Made by a program: the position numbers and the translations under genes
The notes under the pieces: generated by a model
Databases searched by the model: none
Told to the model about the DNA's origin: nothing
What the model saw: the letters and a program-made list of their open reading frames with translations, nothing else
Assembly (NCBI GenBank): GCA_013265495.1
Contig: MU058384.1
Span: 1,985,690 to 2,049,689 of the forward strand
DNA: 64,000 nt
Reading direction: 5' to 3'
Source: Vicugna vicugna
Lineage: Eukaryota
Part shown: piece by piece, positions 11,491-24,945 of the stretch
Numbering within the stretch: position 1 is the stretch's first letter
Layout: every line of letters starts with the position of its first letter

Positions 11491-12269
11491 TTAGCTTGGT
11501 AAATCTTGGTATTTTTTCAAATGGTTCTCCATTCATAGACTGAGTAAGCCAGGTTCTTTACAGGAGATTTCTGAAAATAAAAAATAAATTGGAAGAGATG
11601 ACCTATAAGACAAGTTTTAATTTTAAAACTAGTAATTCTATGAGATTACACACAAAGGCAAAGTGTTAAAAAAAATTCTTAAATATACACAAACTTGAAC
11701 ATGTGAGTGTCCTGCTTTGTGCAAGACATGGTCTCAACCTTAGACAATATTAAAATGACCTGGAAATTTTAAAAAGTAAAATAAAATAAACTCTGAGAGC
11801 CTCACTCTCAGAGATTATGATTTAAGTAGCTTGGCATTAAGCTCCCAAATTAAGTTTTTCTTAAACTTCTTAAAAAGAACTTCTTTAAAGGTCCCCGGGT
11901 CATTCTAATGTTCATTAGGGACTGGGAGCTACTGATTTGGGGTGTCTGTGGGAAATTGGGGGATTGGAAGCTGGACAGGGGCTAGTTCAATACTTTCTCT
12001 TCTTAAGAGTCAACATTTCTGCTTGTGTTAAAGAGTCTGTGGGGATAAATATAGGAGGCATCCATTGGTATTAGTCTGGGAAGCCTTTTAAAGGAGATAA
12101 AGCTTAAGCAGAATTTTGAAAGAGAACGGAGTATAATTTTACTATAAGAATAGAGGAGCCATGATTAGATCAGGGGTTTAGAAGTATAAGAATGAATTAT
12201 GTTCAGAACTGGAACAGAGCTTTTAATTGAGAACAATTAAGGAATACCAAGAAACCCATGATCAAAACT

Positions 12270-15200
12270 TTGTTTCTTCTAGTCACTCAATAAATAGTAA
12301 TTGAATTTCATAGTAATTGAATTGAAGTAACCTTAATGGGAAATCATTAAGTGGCTCCGATTAAGTTCTATATTTATCACTGTATCCATTTAATCCTGGA
12401 TCTGCTAAGGTTTAGAAATATTAAGACCCAAGGATCATTCTCTTTACTCTCCCTTCCTACTACATAGTATCTTTGTTGAATGGAAATACATACTATTAGT
12501 AACTTCCACTCATTTTCAGCAGATCAAATGTTACCCTGACCCCATTCAATGAAAGATAATTCTAAGGTCGTATACAATTTTCCAATATCCTCAGGAATAG
12601 TGGCTAGCTCTTAAAGGTTCTATGATGATGGTTCCAATGACCATGGGGGAAAAAAGATTATATTTCAACAAAACGTTTCTACTGAAACTTAGAATCTAAT
12701 GATATCTTTAGAGTTATACCTAGTTCCTTTTAAAAAATTGTAAACTATTTCTCATCCTGTTTTTTTTTTAATTGAAGCAGTCTATTTACAATGTTGTGTT
12801 AATTTCTGGTGTACAGCATAGTGATTCATTTATACATATATATTACTTTTCATATTCTTTTTCAGTATAGGCTATTACAAGGTATTGAATACAGTTCCCT
12901 GTGCTATATAGTAGGACCTTGTTGTTTATCTATTTTATATATAGTAGTTAGTATCTGCAAATCCTAAACTCCCACTTTATCCCTCCCTACCCCCTCCCCG
13001 CCTGGTAAACATAAGTTTGTTTTCTGTGTCTGTCTCTGTTTTGTAAATAAGTTCATTTGTGACCTTTTTTTTTTTCAGGTTCCACATACAAGTGATAGCA
13101 TATGATATTTTTCTTTTTCTGGCTTACTTTACTTAGTACACAATCTCCAGGTCTACCCATGTTGTTTATGGCATTATTTTATTCTTTTTTATGGTTGAGT
13201 AGCATTCCAGTATATATTTATACCATAAGTTCTTTATCATCTGTCAGTGGACATTTAGGTTGCTTCCACATCTTAGCTATTGTAAATAGTGCTGCTATGA
13301 ACACTGATATGTGTGCATCTCTTTGAATTAGAGTTTTCTCTGGTCTCATTCTGTTTTAAATACTACTTTCATTTCCAAGAGAGACTGGAGCCAAACACAG
13401 ATAGTTTGTGAGACATATAAAGAAACTATTGACTGGCTAATTAGTTGAATGTGAAATTTTAATGAGACTTGCTCAAAAATCAAACATAACCTTCCTGTTA
13501 TATCTTTCCTTGGGGACTATGCACTCAACACTTAAGGATCAGCAGCTGTGGCTCCAATATCAAGTATTTACCACTAGCCATGATCAACAGGTTGCAAGAC
13601 ATGGCAGAATTAAACAGAGCATCCTTATGATCTTCAGGTGGAAACATGGCATAAGATATGCTGGACTCATTATTAGGATCTGTGGTGATGGTGTAATATC
13701 TGACCTTGAAAAATACTGAAACAGTCAGTTTGTCTTTGATGTCACTCCCCTCAATCATAAATTTATTCATTCACCATTCATTCATTCAGCAAAGGCTAGG
13801 GCTGTGCTATGTGCCAGACGCTGAACAGGCCAGGCTACCCTCTGATCTCACAGAGTTTGGGCGGGGTAGCGGAGTGAGGGGGGAACAATCAATAAACAGG
13901 TAGACAAATTTAAAACTATAATTAAAAATGGAAAAGTAAATATTGTGAAGGCAATAAACAGCGGGTTATGTGAGGGACTAATGAGAGGGAATGAGCCCTG
14001 CACGTGGTCCAGAGAAGAAATTCAAGCAGAGAAGAGTCTAGATGAAGCCAGACAGTAAGGAAGCCAAGGCCAGGGGCATAGCACCACTTCCATTCAGCTC
14101 AGATCCTCTCTGCTGCCCAAGAACACCTTCTGTGGGACCCAGACTGGGTCGGTGCCTTACTGTCTCCCTTGTGAAAACTCTTCTGCAGCAGATTCAGCCT
14201 TGCACTGTGTATCCACACATATGTCCATGTTGTGTGTGCATTTGTTGGAGGGGTGTTGCTATCATAATTCAGTTTTTTTAATAAAGTTAATTTTTTTTAT
14301 TGTTTCTTCTAGTCACTCAATAAATAGTAATTGAATTTCATAGTAATTGAATTGAAGTAACCTTAATGGGAAATCATTAAGTGGCTCCGATTAAGTTCTA
14401 TATTTATCACTGTATCCATTTAATCCTGGATCTGCTAAGGTTTAGAAATATTAAGACCCAAGGATCATTCTCTTTACTCTCCCTTCCTACTACATAGTAT
14501 CTTTGTTGAATGGAAATACATACTATTAGTAACTTCCACTCATTTTCAGCAGATCAAATGTTACCCTGACCCCATTCAATGAAAGATAATTCTAAGGTCG
14601 TATACAATTTTCCAATATCCTCAGGAATAGTGGCTAGCTCTTAAAGGTTCTATGATGATGGTTCCAATGACCATGGGGGAAAAAAGATTATATTTCAACA
14701 AAACGTTTCTACTGAAACTTAGAATCTAATGATATCTTTAGAGTTATACCTAGTTCCTTTTAAAAAATTGTAAACTATTTCTCATCCTGTTTTTTTTTTA
14801 ATTGAAGCAGTCTATTTACAATGTTGTGTTAATTTCTGGTGTACAGCATAGTGATTCATTTATACATATATATTACTTTTCATATTCTTTTTCAGTATAG
14901 GCTATTACAAGGTATTGAATACAGTTCCCTGTGCTATATAGTAGGACCTTGTTGTTTATCTATTTTATATATAGTAGTTAGTATCTGCAAATCCTAAACT
15001 CCCACTTTATCCCTCCCTACCCCCTCCCCGCCTGGTAAACATAAGTTTGTTTTCTGTGTCTGTCTCTGTTTTGTAAATAAGTTCATTTGTGACCTTTTTT
15101 TTTTTCAGGTTCCACATACAAGTGATAGCATATGATATTTTTCTTTTTCTGGCTTACTTTACTTAGTACACAATCTCCAGGTCTACCCATGTTGTTTATG

Positions 15201-16327
15201 GCATTATTTTATTCTTTTTTATGGTTGAGTAGCATTCCAGTATATATTTATACCATAAGTTCTTTATCATCTGTCAGTGGACATTTAGGTTGCTTCCACA
15301 TCTTAGCTATTGTAAATAGTGCTGCTATGAACACTGATATGTGTGCATCTCTTTGAATTAGAGTTTTCTCTGGTCTCATTCTGTTTTAAATACTACTTTC
15401 ATTTCCAAGAGAGACTGGAGCCAAACACAGATAGTTTGTGAGACATATAAAGAAACTATTGACTGGCTAATTAGTTGAATGTGAAATTTTAATGAGACTT
15501 GCTCAAAAATCAAACATAACCTTCCTGTTATATCTTTCCTTAGGGACTATGCACTCAACACTTAAGGATCAGCAGCTGTGGCTCCAATATCAAGTATTTA
15601 CCAGTAGCCATGATCAACAGGTTGCAAGACATGGCAGAATTAAACAGAGCATCCTTATGATCTTCAGGTGGAAATATGGCATAAGATATGCTGGACTCAT
15701 TATTAGGATCTGTGGTGATGGTGTAATATCTGACCTTGAAAAATACTGAAACAGTCAGTTTGTCTTTGATGTCACTCCCCTCAATCATAAATTTATTCAT
15801 TCACCATTCATTCATCAGCAAAGGCTAGGGCTGTGCTATGTGCCAGACGCTGAACAGGCCAGGCTACCCTCTGATCTCACAGAGTTTGGGCGGGGTAGCG
15901 GAGTGAGGGGGGAACTATCAATAAACAGGCAGACAAATTTAAAACTATAATTAAAAATGGAAAAGTAAATATTGTGAAGGCAATAAACAGCGGGTTATGT
16001 GAGGGACTAATGAGAGGGAATGAGCCCTGCACGTGGTCCAGAGAAGAAATTCAAGCAGAGAAGAGTCTAGATGAAGCCAGACAGTAAGGAAGCCAAGGCC
16101 AGGGGCATAGCACCACTTCCATTCAGCTCAGATCCTCTCTGCTGCCCAAGAACACCTTCTGTGGGACCCAGACTGGGTCGGTGCCTTACTGTCTCCCTTG
16201 TGAAAACTCTTCTGCAGCAGATTCAGCCTTGCACTGTGTATCCACACATATGTCCATGTTGTGTGTGCATTTGTTGGAGGGGTGTTGCTATCATAATTCA
16301 GTTTTTTTAATAAAGTTAATTTTTTTT
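12270..16327 (+). repeat. Head-to-tail tandem duplication, unit ~2030 bp (12270-14298 and 14300-16327)
   Basis: Identical ORF pairs at offset 2030/2029; only ~6 differences seen between copies. Confidence 0.97.
12764..13343 (-). mobile_element. 5'-truncated L1 3' end (second copy at 14794-15373)
   Basis: Poly-T start, L1 3'UTR antisense, 14-bp TSD tctcat(c/t)ctgtttt with a TT/AAAA endonuclease site. Confidence 0.9.
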
Positions 16328-16664
16328 TCTCCTGCAAATATGAACTTAGTTTTTCAAGAAAACTACATGGGCAATTGCTCTTGAGTATTGCTGGTCTGGG
16401 GAGCCCAGGCTTACTGACAGTGAAGAATTTCCCCCAGTGAGACTTCTTAATCCTCTGAGTTATTGCATTTTGGGGGTGAGTAGGGGCAGGGCAGCGAATA
16501 GGAGTGTTATAGCAAGAGCTTAAAAGCTATGTTAGCAAGTTAGGGAGTATCTCAAGGGAACTGATGTAAAAGGTCAGTTATGGTGGCTACACCATTTAGC
16601 TTTGAAGTTCTCAGCCTTTGAACCCAGTATCTACTGTTGATAAACATAAAAAGCTCATATACTC

Positions 16665-17120
16665 TGTTATGGGAAGAATTGTGTCCCCCACCCACCCCCA
16701 AAAATATGTTGAATTCCTAATCCCCAGCTTCTGCAAATGTGACCTGATTTGGAAAGGGGTTCTTTGCTGATGATCAATTTCAGACGAGGTTCATTAGGGT
16801 AGGCCTTAATCCAATATGAGCATTTCTCATAAAAATGGGAAATTTGGACACGAACAGAGTCACTCAGGGTGAATGCCATATGAAGACAAAGGCAGAAATC
16901 AGGATGATGCATCTACAAGTCCAGAAATCCCAAAGATTGCCAGCAAACCATTAGCAACCAGGTGAGAATATGGAACAGGTTCTCCCTCAAAAGGAGCCAA
17001 GCCTGCAGATACCTTGATCTTGAACTTCTAGCCTTTAGAACCGCAAGACAATGAATTTTTGTTGCTTTTAGCCACCCAGTTTGTAGTGCTTTGTTATAGC
17101 AGCCCTAGCAAACTAATACA
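16665..17120 (+). mobile_element. MLT1 MaLR solo LTR
   Basis: tgttatggg…gaattgtgtcccc start and …gcagccctagcaaactaataca end. Confidence 0.9.
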
Positions 17121-17799
17121 CGTTTTTCCTTTTTTCAGCTTTTCATTTTTAAGTAATAATAGATCCATAGGAAGTTACTTTTCCATTTATTTTGAAATTT
17201 CAAACAGACCTAAAGGAGTGTGTATAGGTTTATCAAAAGTAGATGTTGGATTTATAAGGTTCAGAACTTCAAGGCTTAAAGGCTGACTTTTTACAGATTC
17301 CTGTGGGTTGCTCCCTAACTTGCTGACATCCTCTTCAGAACTATGTAGCATATCCCACCCATTCCTGGCAATTCCAATGTTCATCACAGTAAGAGCTTGT
17401 CTAGCCTACCTTCACACTACACAGTTGAGAATCACTATTCTAGTTTTTCTGAATTATACAGAAATAGAGACAGAAAGCTTGGAAGCCATCCAGACCCCCT
17501 CCCAACCCCAGAAGAGACCTCCACCAAGATACAACATTGAGGGGAACGAGCAGAATCCTATTCAATGCCCTCCCTGAAACCTCTACCTGATGACGTTCGT
17601 AAAATACTCCAACAGCAAGCTGGACAATTATTTCCACCCTTAGACATGCGTATTTGGGAAACCACCAACCTAACAGAGGGATGGGAATCAGGAAGTCCAG
17701 AAATGGAGGCCAGGAAGAGCTTTATACCATCTTGGCCCCAATCCTGTATGTCATGGAGTAGGGAAAGTTCATCTTGTCTTGGAACTAAGGTTATAGGTA

Positions 17800-18191
17800 A
17801 TATATCAGTTTCCTAGGGTGGTCCTAACAAAATACCACAAACTAGGTGGCTTGAAACAGCATAAATAGATTATCTCACAGTTCTGGAGGCTAGAAGTCCA
17901 AAACCAAGGAGTTGGCAGAATTGGTTCTTTCTGAGGTCTCCAAGGAAGAATCTATTCCGTACCTCTCTCCTACCTTCTGGTAGTATGAAGCTTGTAGATA
18001 TATTCACATGGCATTCTCCCTGAGTGACTGGATCTATGCCCAAATTTCCCTCATGTAAAAGAGCATCAGTCACATTGGGTTATGATCTCATCTTAACTTG
18101 ATCATCATTTCCAAATAAGGTCATATTCACAGGTCCTGGAGAATATGACTTCAACATATTTTGGAGAGGGGACATAATTCAACCCATAACA
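17800..18191 (-). mobile_element. MLT1 MaLR solo LTR
   Basis: gtttcctaggg…aacaaaataccacaaactaggtggctt … attcaacccataaca. Confidence 0.85.
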
Positions 18192-19809
18192 GGTATCAAC
18201 ACAACTCCTCATGCTATGAGAGGCTAAAGAGCATCATTAAGGTTCTCAGATCAGGACCAGATCCAGTAGGCCCAACTACTCAGCCACTGGAAAGAAGCTG
18301 CCCTGAGGAGGGATACTGTCAGTGGGCTCCCCCTGCTGGAAGAGTCAATGACGTATTTAAACCGCTCTCATCTAGCTGCATTTGTACCTGTGTCTCCAGA
18401 TAAAGCTAGCCAGTAATTTTCCTTTCTTGTTCAGTCCTTAGATTCAAGGTTATATCGTTCTCATAGCATGAGTTGGAGGATTGTCCCTACTTAACTATTC
18501 TTTGGAAAATTATGTCTAAGATAGAAGTTATCTGTTCTGTTGCCTGAAGATCAGTAAAATTGCTTATAAAACCATTTTGGCCTTATGATGTTTGGTGGCG
18601 TTTACAGGCAGCTTTTTTTTTAAACTACTGATTCTCTTTCTGTGTGTGTGTGTCTGTCTGTCTGTCTCTTTCTCATTCCCTGCTTTATTCTGAGTGCACT
18701 TAGTTTTATACATTTCCTTTTATTCTTCAACTAGTTTGGAAGTCTTACTTTATACTCCTATTATTTTATTCTTACTTTACTTCTCAAATGTTAACATGCT
18801 ATGGTAACATCTGGGCAAACTTGCTGTACCTTCAACTTTGAAAACCAGGAGACAACTGATTGCATCCTATCACAGCCTAGACATTATTACACAACTTCTG
18901 TAGCCAGAATCAGATGTTTAATAACATAACTATATAAAGGCAGCTTCTGAAATCATAATCGCTAATTATGCTGAAGTTTGAGAAACTTGGTAAACACCGC
19001 TATACCTTAAAAACAGGCAGAATACTATTGCCCAGTTCAAGCCTATCTGCGAAGCCTTCGGGGAGACTGAGAAGCCAAGCTCACTGAATATATGCTTGTC
19101 CAATGTTCCCCATTATGCTTGGAGCTTATCACAGGAAAGGGTAATGATATACAATTTATTTGCTGAAGTGCTCATTTCCATCAAGACCTGGAATCAGTCC
19201 TCTGCAGACCTGCTTCGCCTGCATACTTAACAAAGTCTAAATTAAAATCTTGGATTTCTACTTGACAGTACAAGGACTTAGAATACCAATATTCTGAAGA
19301 AAAAAAAAACCTCTCCCATCTTTATAACTGTTTTCTAGAATTTAGTTTTACCTGTTTTTAACTCCACAAATAGACGTCACTATTTGTTTTTCAGACTTAC
19401 TTATTTTGTAATCTTTTCTATATTTCACTTCATTTTTCATCTTGCATTTCAAACTACCATGAAACTTCCTGGTTGTATCTGCTGACTGTCACCCATGGTA
19501 GATCGGTTTACTTGTTTGCTTTGTGACTTTCTGTATATGTTAGCGACCCTGTTTTACCAGGTTTTATCCTGTGGGAATTCTATTCCGTCTGTGTTGTAGG
19601 GCAATGCCTCCAAGGAAGCTTTGTAGTTTTCTCTCCTCTGACTTCAAACCAATTTTTATGTTAATTTCTGTTTAAGGAGGTTCATGTATCACACAGATGG
19701 TGAGCAAAGAATCAGATAATAGCAGACATAAGGATTTACCGGATGATAAAGGAAGCCTTACAAATTAGATGTGAAGAACAGAATTAACTTTTTTTAAAAG
19801 TAGTGCTGG

Positions 19810-20390
19810 AAACATAGAGTACAACAACGTATGCAAATTATAATAAAACTATCGAGGAAGTGGGGAGGGCTATCCCAGGATGGAATGCAGAACATGACAA
19901 AGCAATCTAACTATATTACAAATACATGAAACAACCTCACTGAAGGAATCGGGGCCAGGAGTGGGAGAAGGCACTGAGTTCAAACTTTGGAAATGAGTGG
20001 AGTTTGTAAAACTAAAGGCAGAAGAAACTGTACCTAGACACTGTACTCTAGCTGACAAAGTTGTCTCCCACAAAATTTAGCAATTCTGCTACTGTTATAC
20101 ACTGTATACTGAATTTAAACAATTAAGTAAATGAATGGTGGATGGTAGGCCTGACTTCTCACTGTGGGAGTGAGAGATCACAGATCAGCAAGGGGAAGTG
20201 CCTGGAATGATCCACGTGGTAATGGATTACAGTTGGAGACAGTATAAATTTCTGTTTAACTTCATATATATAGATGGTTACATACAGAAGTATGTATAGA
20301 TATGTGTACACATGGGTTAGTATACACACATATATGTCTTTGCACTGTCAGCTGAAAAGGTCTGGAAACAACACTCCGGTAGCAACAGGT
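19810..20390 (+). mobile_element. Old L1 (L1MC/L1MD-type) 3' region
   Basis: cccaggatggaatgcagaa…ctaactatattacaaatacatgaaacaacctcactgaagg motif typical of L1M 3'UTRs. Confidence 0.7.
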
Positions 20391-23300
20391 GTGGGTGGAC
20401 ACAGCCTCAGTCCTAGTCTTGGTCCTCAGCTTTGCCTCCTCCTGGATTCTAGACTTGACCTGGCCAGATTGCTCTTATCTTTTGTAGTAGTTATGACTTT
20501 ACAAGATTTTTCTCAAATTTTCTTAGGCTTTTTGCCTTTCCCCAGGTGACCATGGTTACTTCTATGCTTTTATCTTGTACCATGTATCTTGTATCATGTT
20601 GGCATTCATGTCCATTTATACACAATACTAACTGTGAGGTCCCGAAGGTAGGACTCCTGGTTTTAGCCGAGTCTTCGTCCTTTGCTCTGCCCTCTCAAAA
20701 CTGCAATTTCTCTCTGCTCACCAGGCCCTGAAGACAAGGGAACATGCCTTGGCTGCAAGATCACAAGATCAGTAACCTCTTTCTGGCCCTTCTCACCCTC
20801 TGATGCATTCTCCCTATCAGCCTCAGTGGCCCCTGCCCTTCTTCACTCGACTCCTTAGGTCTCAGTGCTCTTGTGTCTTCCAGATCTTGGGTCCCTGCTC
20901 GCACCTTCCTAGGATCTACTCTCTCTGTGCTTTTCAGTGGGGAGGATGAAGTTCCTTGGGAATAGATAACTCCTTTCTCTCTAGTTGCTTCCTGGATCTT
21001 CTTTGAAAAGACCTCTCTTCTTCCACAGCTTCAGGACAAAGGACAAAAAGATCTTTACTTAATATGCAGAACTTGCAACCAGCCCTCCAACCGCTGCCCC
21101 TGCAGAGAGCCCTTTTCAATACCTAAAAAATTCTTCTACTTTTTCATGCTCTGCCACCTTGCATCTGGGTTACACATTTTTATCACAACATTATAAACTA
21201 TTTTATGTAAACTTTTAATATATTTAATATCATTACAGTGGACTAAAAGAGTTGATTCTGCTCTCTAAGCTTTGAGGTTAACTACCAAATATAGACTTGA
21301 ACTTTAGGGCTGATAATAAACACCATTTTCTTGTTATTTTATTACAAGATATTTATAAGTGCTCTGGTAATAACATCTCAGTATATGCTTATTCTTAATG
21401 CTATTTCCTCCAAAAATGAACCCTTTAAAAATTTAAACATAATTCCAGCCAATTAAAATTTCACAATGAGGTTTGTGGAACTGTTCTCTGAGAATAACAG
21501 AAATAGCTTCTATTTAATGAGAATTTACTATATGCCATGCTCGGCACTTAGCATCTCACAGTTTACCTCATTTACTCCCTCAACAACTTGAAGTGGTTCG
21601 TATGATCATAATAATTTCCAGTGAGCTAGCTGAAGCCCAGAGGAGTTAAATAAATTTAGCAGAGTCCCAGAACTAGGCTTGAGTCCAAAGTTTGAACTTA
21701 GCTATCAGGTGACATCGCCTCTCCAAATGAGGTAAAGACAAAAATACATGTGCAGGGTGTCTGTGTGTGCATCTCTGTGTGAGAGAGAGACAGAGATAAA
21801 GAACCAGGGAGCGAGGGAGAGAGAAATATATAAAGGAAGAAGTCCATCTTCATCACAGTCCCCTCCTACCCCATCAGATTCCCCTCTGCAGAGCCTCTGC
21901 TGTGAACAATAACGTCACTATTGCTAAGACTCAGAGCATTCCATTTATTTAATAATAGAAGGGACAGCCTTTTTTCCTCTATAATGACCACTGGAGGGAA
22001 CTTATCTTTTGTTCTCTCATGAAATAATCTCAAAAGTTCTTTTACTCATAACCTGAACTTTCATATCGCAAATGTACTCCGATTCTAAACTACAGACAGA
22101 CATCAGTATATGAAAAGTGTGCATGATCTGTGCTATTTTGTTTGTTGTGACATCGCAGGCTTAAAAAACGGCTGGCATTTTTGTCATATCTGGCATAACA
22201 TTTATGTAGTTTTATCAGGTTACAAGAAAAATTCTTAAGATGTAGTATCCATGAGCAGATCTGTTTTGATATTTAAATGTGGCCCATGAGAAACAAAACA
22301 GCAAATGAGCCAGATAATCCCTGAAGTCCAAATCATGTGTTCATAAATTCCGCAGGAAGCTAAATTCAGGTTTTCCATCTTGCAGCCTACAAAATCACCA
22401 TTTGATGTATTGTCAGTCCAGAGTGAGAAACAGGCAACCACTTTACCCAAACTTCATGGTTTAGAGGGTTGCAGTGTTAATAATAGCATTGACAGTGAGT
22501 CATTGTAGTAGCGGCAGCTACTACAGCAATCTTGATACTATGTTTATTACATGGAGATGCTGTTATTAAGGTTACAAAATCAGAACATGGCACATGCATA
22601 TTATCATCCTGCCATTGATCTGGAAAGAAGCAAATGACTTCTTTTCAGCACCAGAGTAGGTCCAGGAAGCCCTAATTTGTCCTTAGTCTGATGGTAAAGT
22701 GTTGGGCCTCTTTAATCCCCCTCCCATTTTACCGATCCAGTGCTGGCCCTTGAGAATTGTGTGGGCACAGTCTGTACGTCCTGCTCTTGCCAGAGGTCTT
22801 GGGAGCATCTACCACTTCACACTGACATTCGCAAAAATTCCTTTCAATGCATAAAAAGGCTCTGGAATTTTCCAAACACACATCCCCCACCCCAAGTTAT
22901 AGGGCTTAAGGTCTTCTAACTGTGCACCAAGATCTCCTAAATGAGCATCATTGAGACTCACAGTGCACTCCCAAATTGAAGTAAATACATTGTCTTATAA
23001 CTCTTGTGATGGTGGGTTAGTTAACTCACCATGCAACCCATCTCCTTCTAGATGGAAAGACTGGAAATCTAAAAATGATCTTTCCAAAACTTCCCTGCAG
23101 CTAGGGTTCCGGATGTGAGCTGTATTCTGTCAAGGACATGCAATCTTGTGAGAAACAGGAGGCAGTTATGAAGCAGAGGCTATATTCCTGCTATGTTTTG
23201 ATCTTATTTCTTTTTTCTATAATAATGTTCCAGGGCCTGTTCTCAGCTTCCTGGGTGTCAAGAGCAGTTGAAGCAGCAAGGACGATGTCTTAATTCCAGC

Positions 23301-24493
23301 TTCCAGGCCACAGGAACATGGCAGCAAAATTGTGTTCTTGAATCCGTGGCTTTAGAGGCAGTCTCAGGAGGAGTACCACTCCTGGGCATCGGATCCATAT
23401 TGTTCTTGGACCGTTAAAGTAACCTAGGCCTTCAGCCCTGCTTACTGAGGAGGGCAGAAACTCCCACTGGCCTTGCCTTCATTAATTCTGGGCTGTTTAA
23501 GTGACAGAATTATACTATTGTCTCATTCAAGCTACAAGAGCCCATCTTGTGCTCTGATATTTGTGGTTTACTAGACTAACACAGAAACAAATACAGAAGC
23601 CAATGGTGAGCTGAACCAATGGCAAGATCTAGCCAGACTGGAAATTAGAACCACGCATGGTAGTTACCAGTTGTCACCATTACCCCTGGGACCTTGCTTT
23701 TCTGTGGCACCTGTGGTGATCCCTAAGGCATCTCTATTTCCACCTCATCTTCTTTCTTTTCAGGCTCTGGTGGCCTTATGGTCTCTCCACTGACCCCTTC
23801 TCTGAGCCCATTAGTATAAATAGAGACTAGACAACAACTCAAAAATACCGAGCACTTTCTCTATGCCCAGCACTGTATACGGTGTGAGGTGAACGGCATT
23901 ATCATTATTATTTCTCAGACAAGAAGAGTGCAGTTCAGAGATATTTATTAACTTCTCCCAACATGACTTATCGAGTAACCAGTGGCATCTAGCTGAAGAT
24001 CAGCCCTTCTTTAAAACTTAAAGCTGTATGTAGCTCTGTGAGTCTAGTTTCAAGTGTCTCTGAGTTGGACAGAAAAGTGGATTTCCTATTTGTGTTCTGT
24101 GTGGAGTCATTGAATCACAGCACAGAACTATTCACACACTTCTGGAATCACATTAACACTTTCAGCTCCTTTGGGGACTTTTAAATAATGTAATAATGAT
24201 GTCTATATAATACAAGTGACCATGGCGGCTTTTTTCGTGCATTAACTATGAAACACTCTAGGCATTTTCTAATGTATCATGTACTCGCTTTCCTTTAGAA
24301 GTATCTAGTTCAGTGCTTTCCATCCTATAGCTTTATTGAAGGGAGCATGGCCTTGTAACGAAATCAACATAATCATAGCCCAATCTTAACAACAATAACA
24401 GCAATTAAACAAAATATAATAAGAGTATACCCAAAAATAAAATATCTGAGTGCACTGCACACAATATAGGTCAGCATTATTTTGTGAAAACAT

Positions 24494-24515
24494 TGTATTG
24501 GTAGGTAGATGGATG

Positions 24516-24549
<34 letters not shown>

Positions 24550-24945
24550 AAAGCAGATAGAGTTTCCTAGTGTAACAAAACACCATAAACTAAGTGGTGC
24601 TGGCACAGCTATGTTCTCTCTGAAGCCCCTAGGGGAGAGTCCTTCCTTGCCTCTTCTGAGCACCTGCTGGTGACTGACAATTCATGGTCTTCCTTGACTT
24701 ATAGCTACGTAACCCCATTTCTGTCCCCATCTTCACACAGCCTTCTTCCCTGTGTATGCAACTGCTTCTGTGTCTCTTTTCTTCTTACAAGGACACCAGT
24801 CATATCAGATTAAGGGCCCAGCCTAACAGAGTATGACCTCATCTTAACTTACTACATCTATAAAAATCCTATTTCCAAATCAGGTCACATTCTGAAATTC
24901 CAGGCCAACATGAATTTAGGGGGGCACGATTCAATCTAGTAGGAT
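24494..24945 (-). mobile_element. MLT1 MaLR LTR containing a (GATA)n microsatellite at ~24505-24549
   Basis: MLT1 antisense body (aaggacaccagtcat…gattaagggccc…gacctcatcttaact); tetranucleotide repeat visible. Confidence 0.85.

Noticed and set aside
13102..13326. Duplicated 74-aa ORFs (also 15132-15356)
   Set aside because: Antisense L1 3'UTR sequence; the duplication reflects the 2.03-kb tandem repeat, not a gene family.
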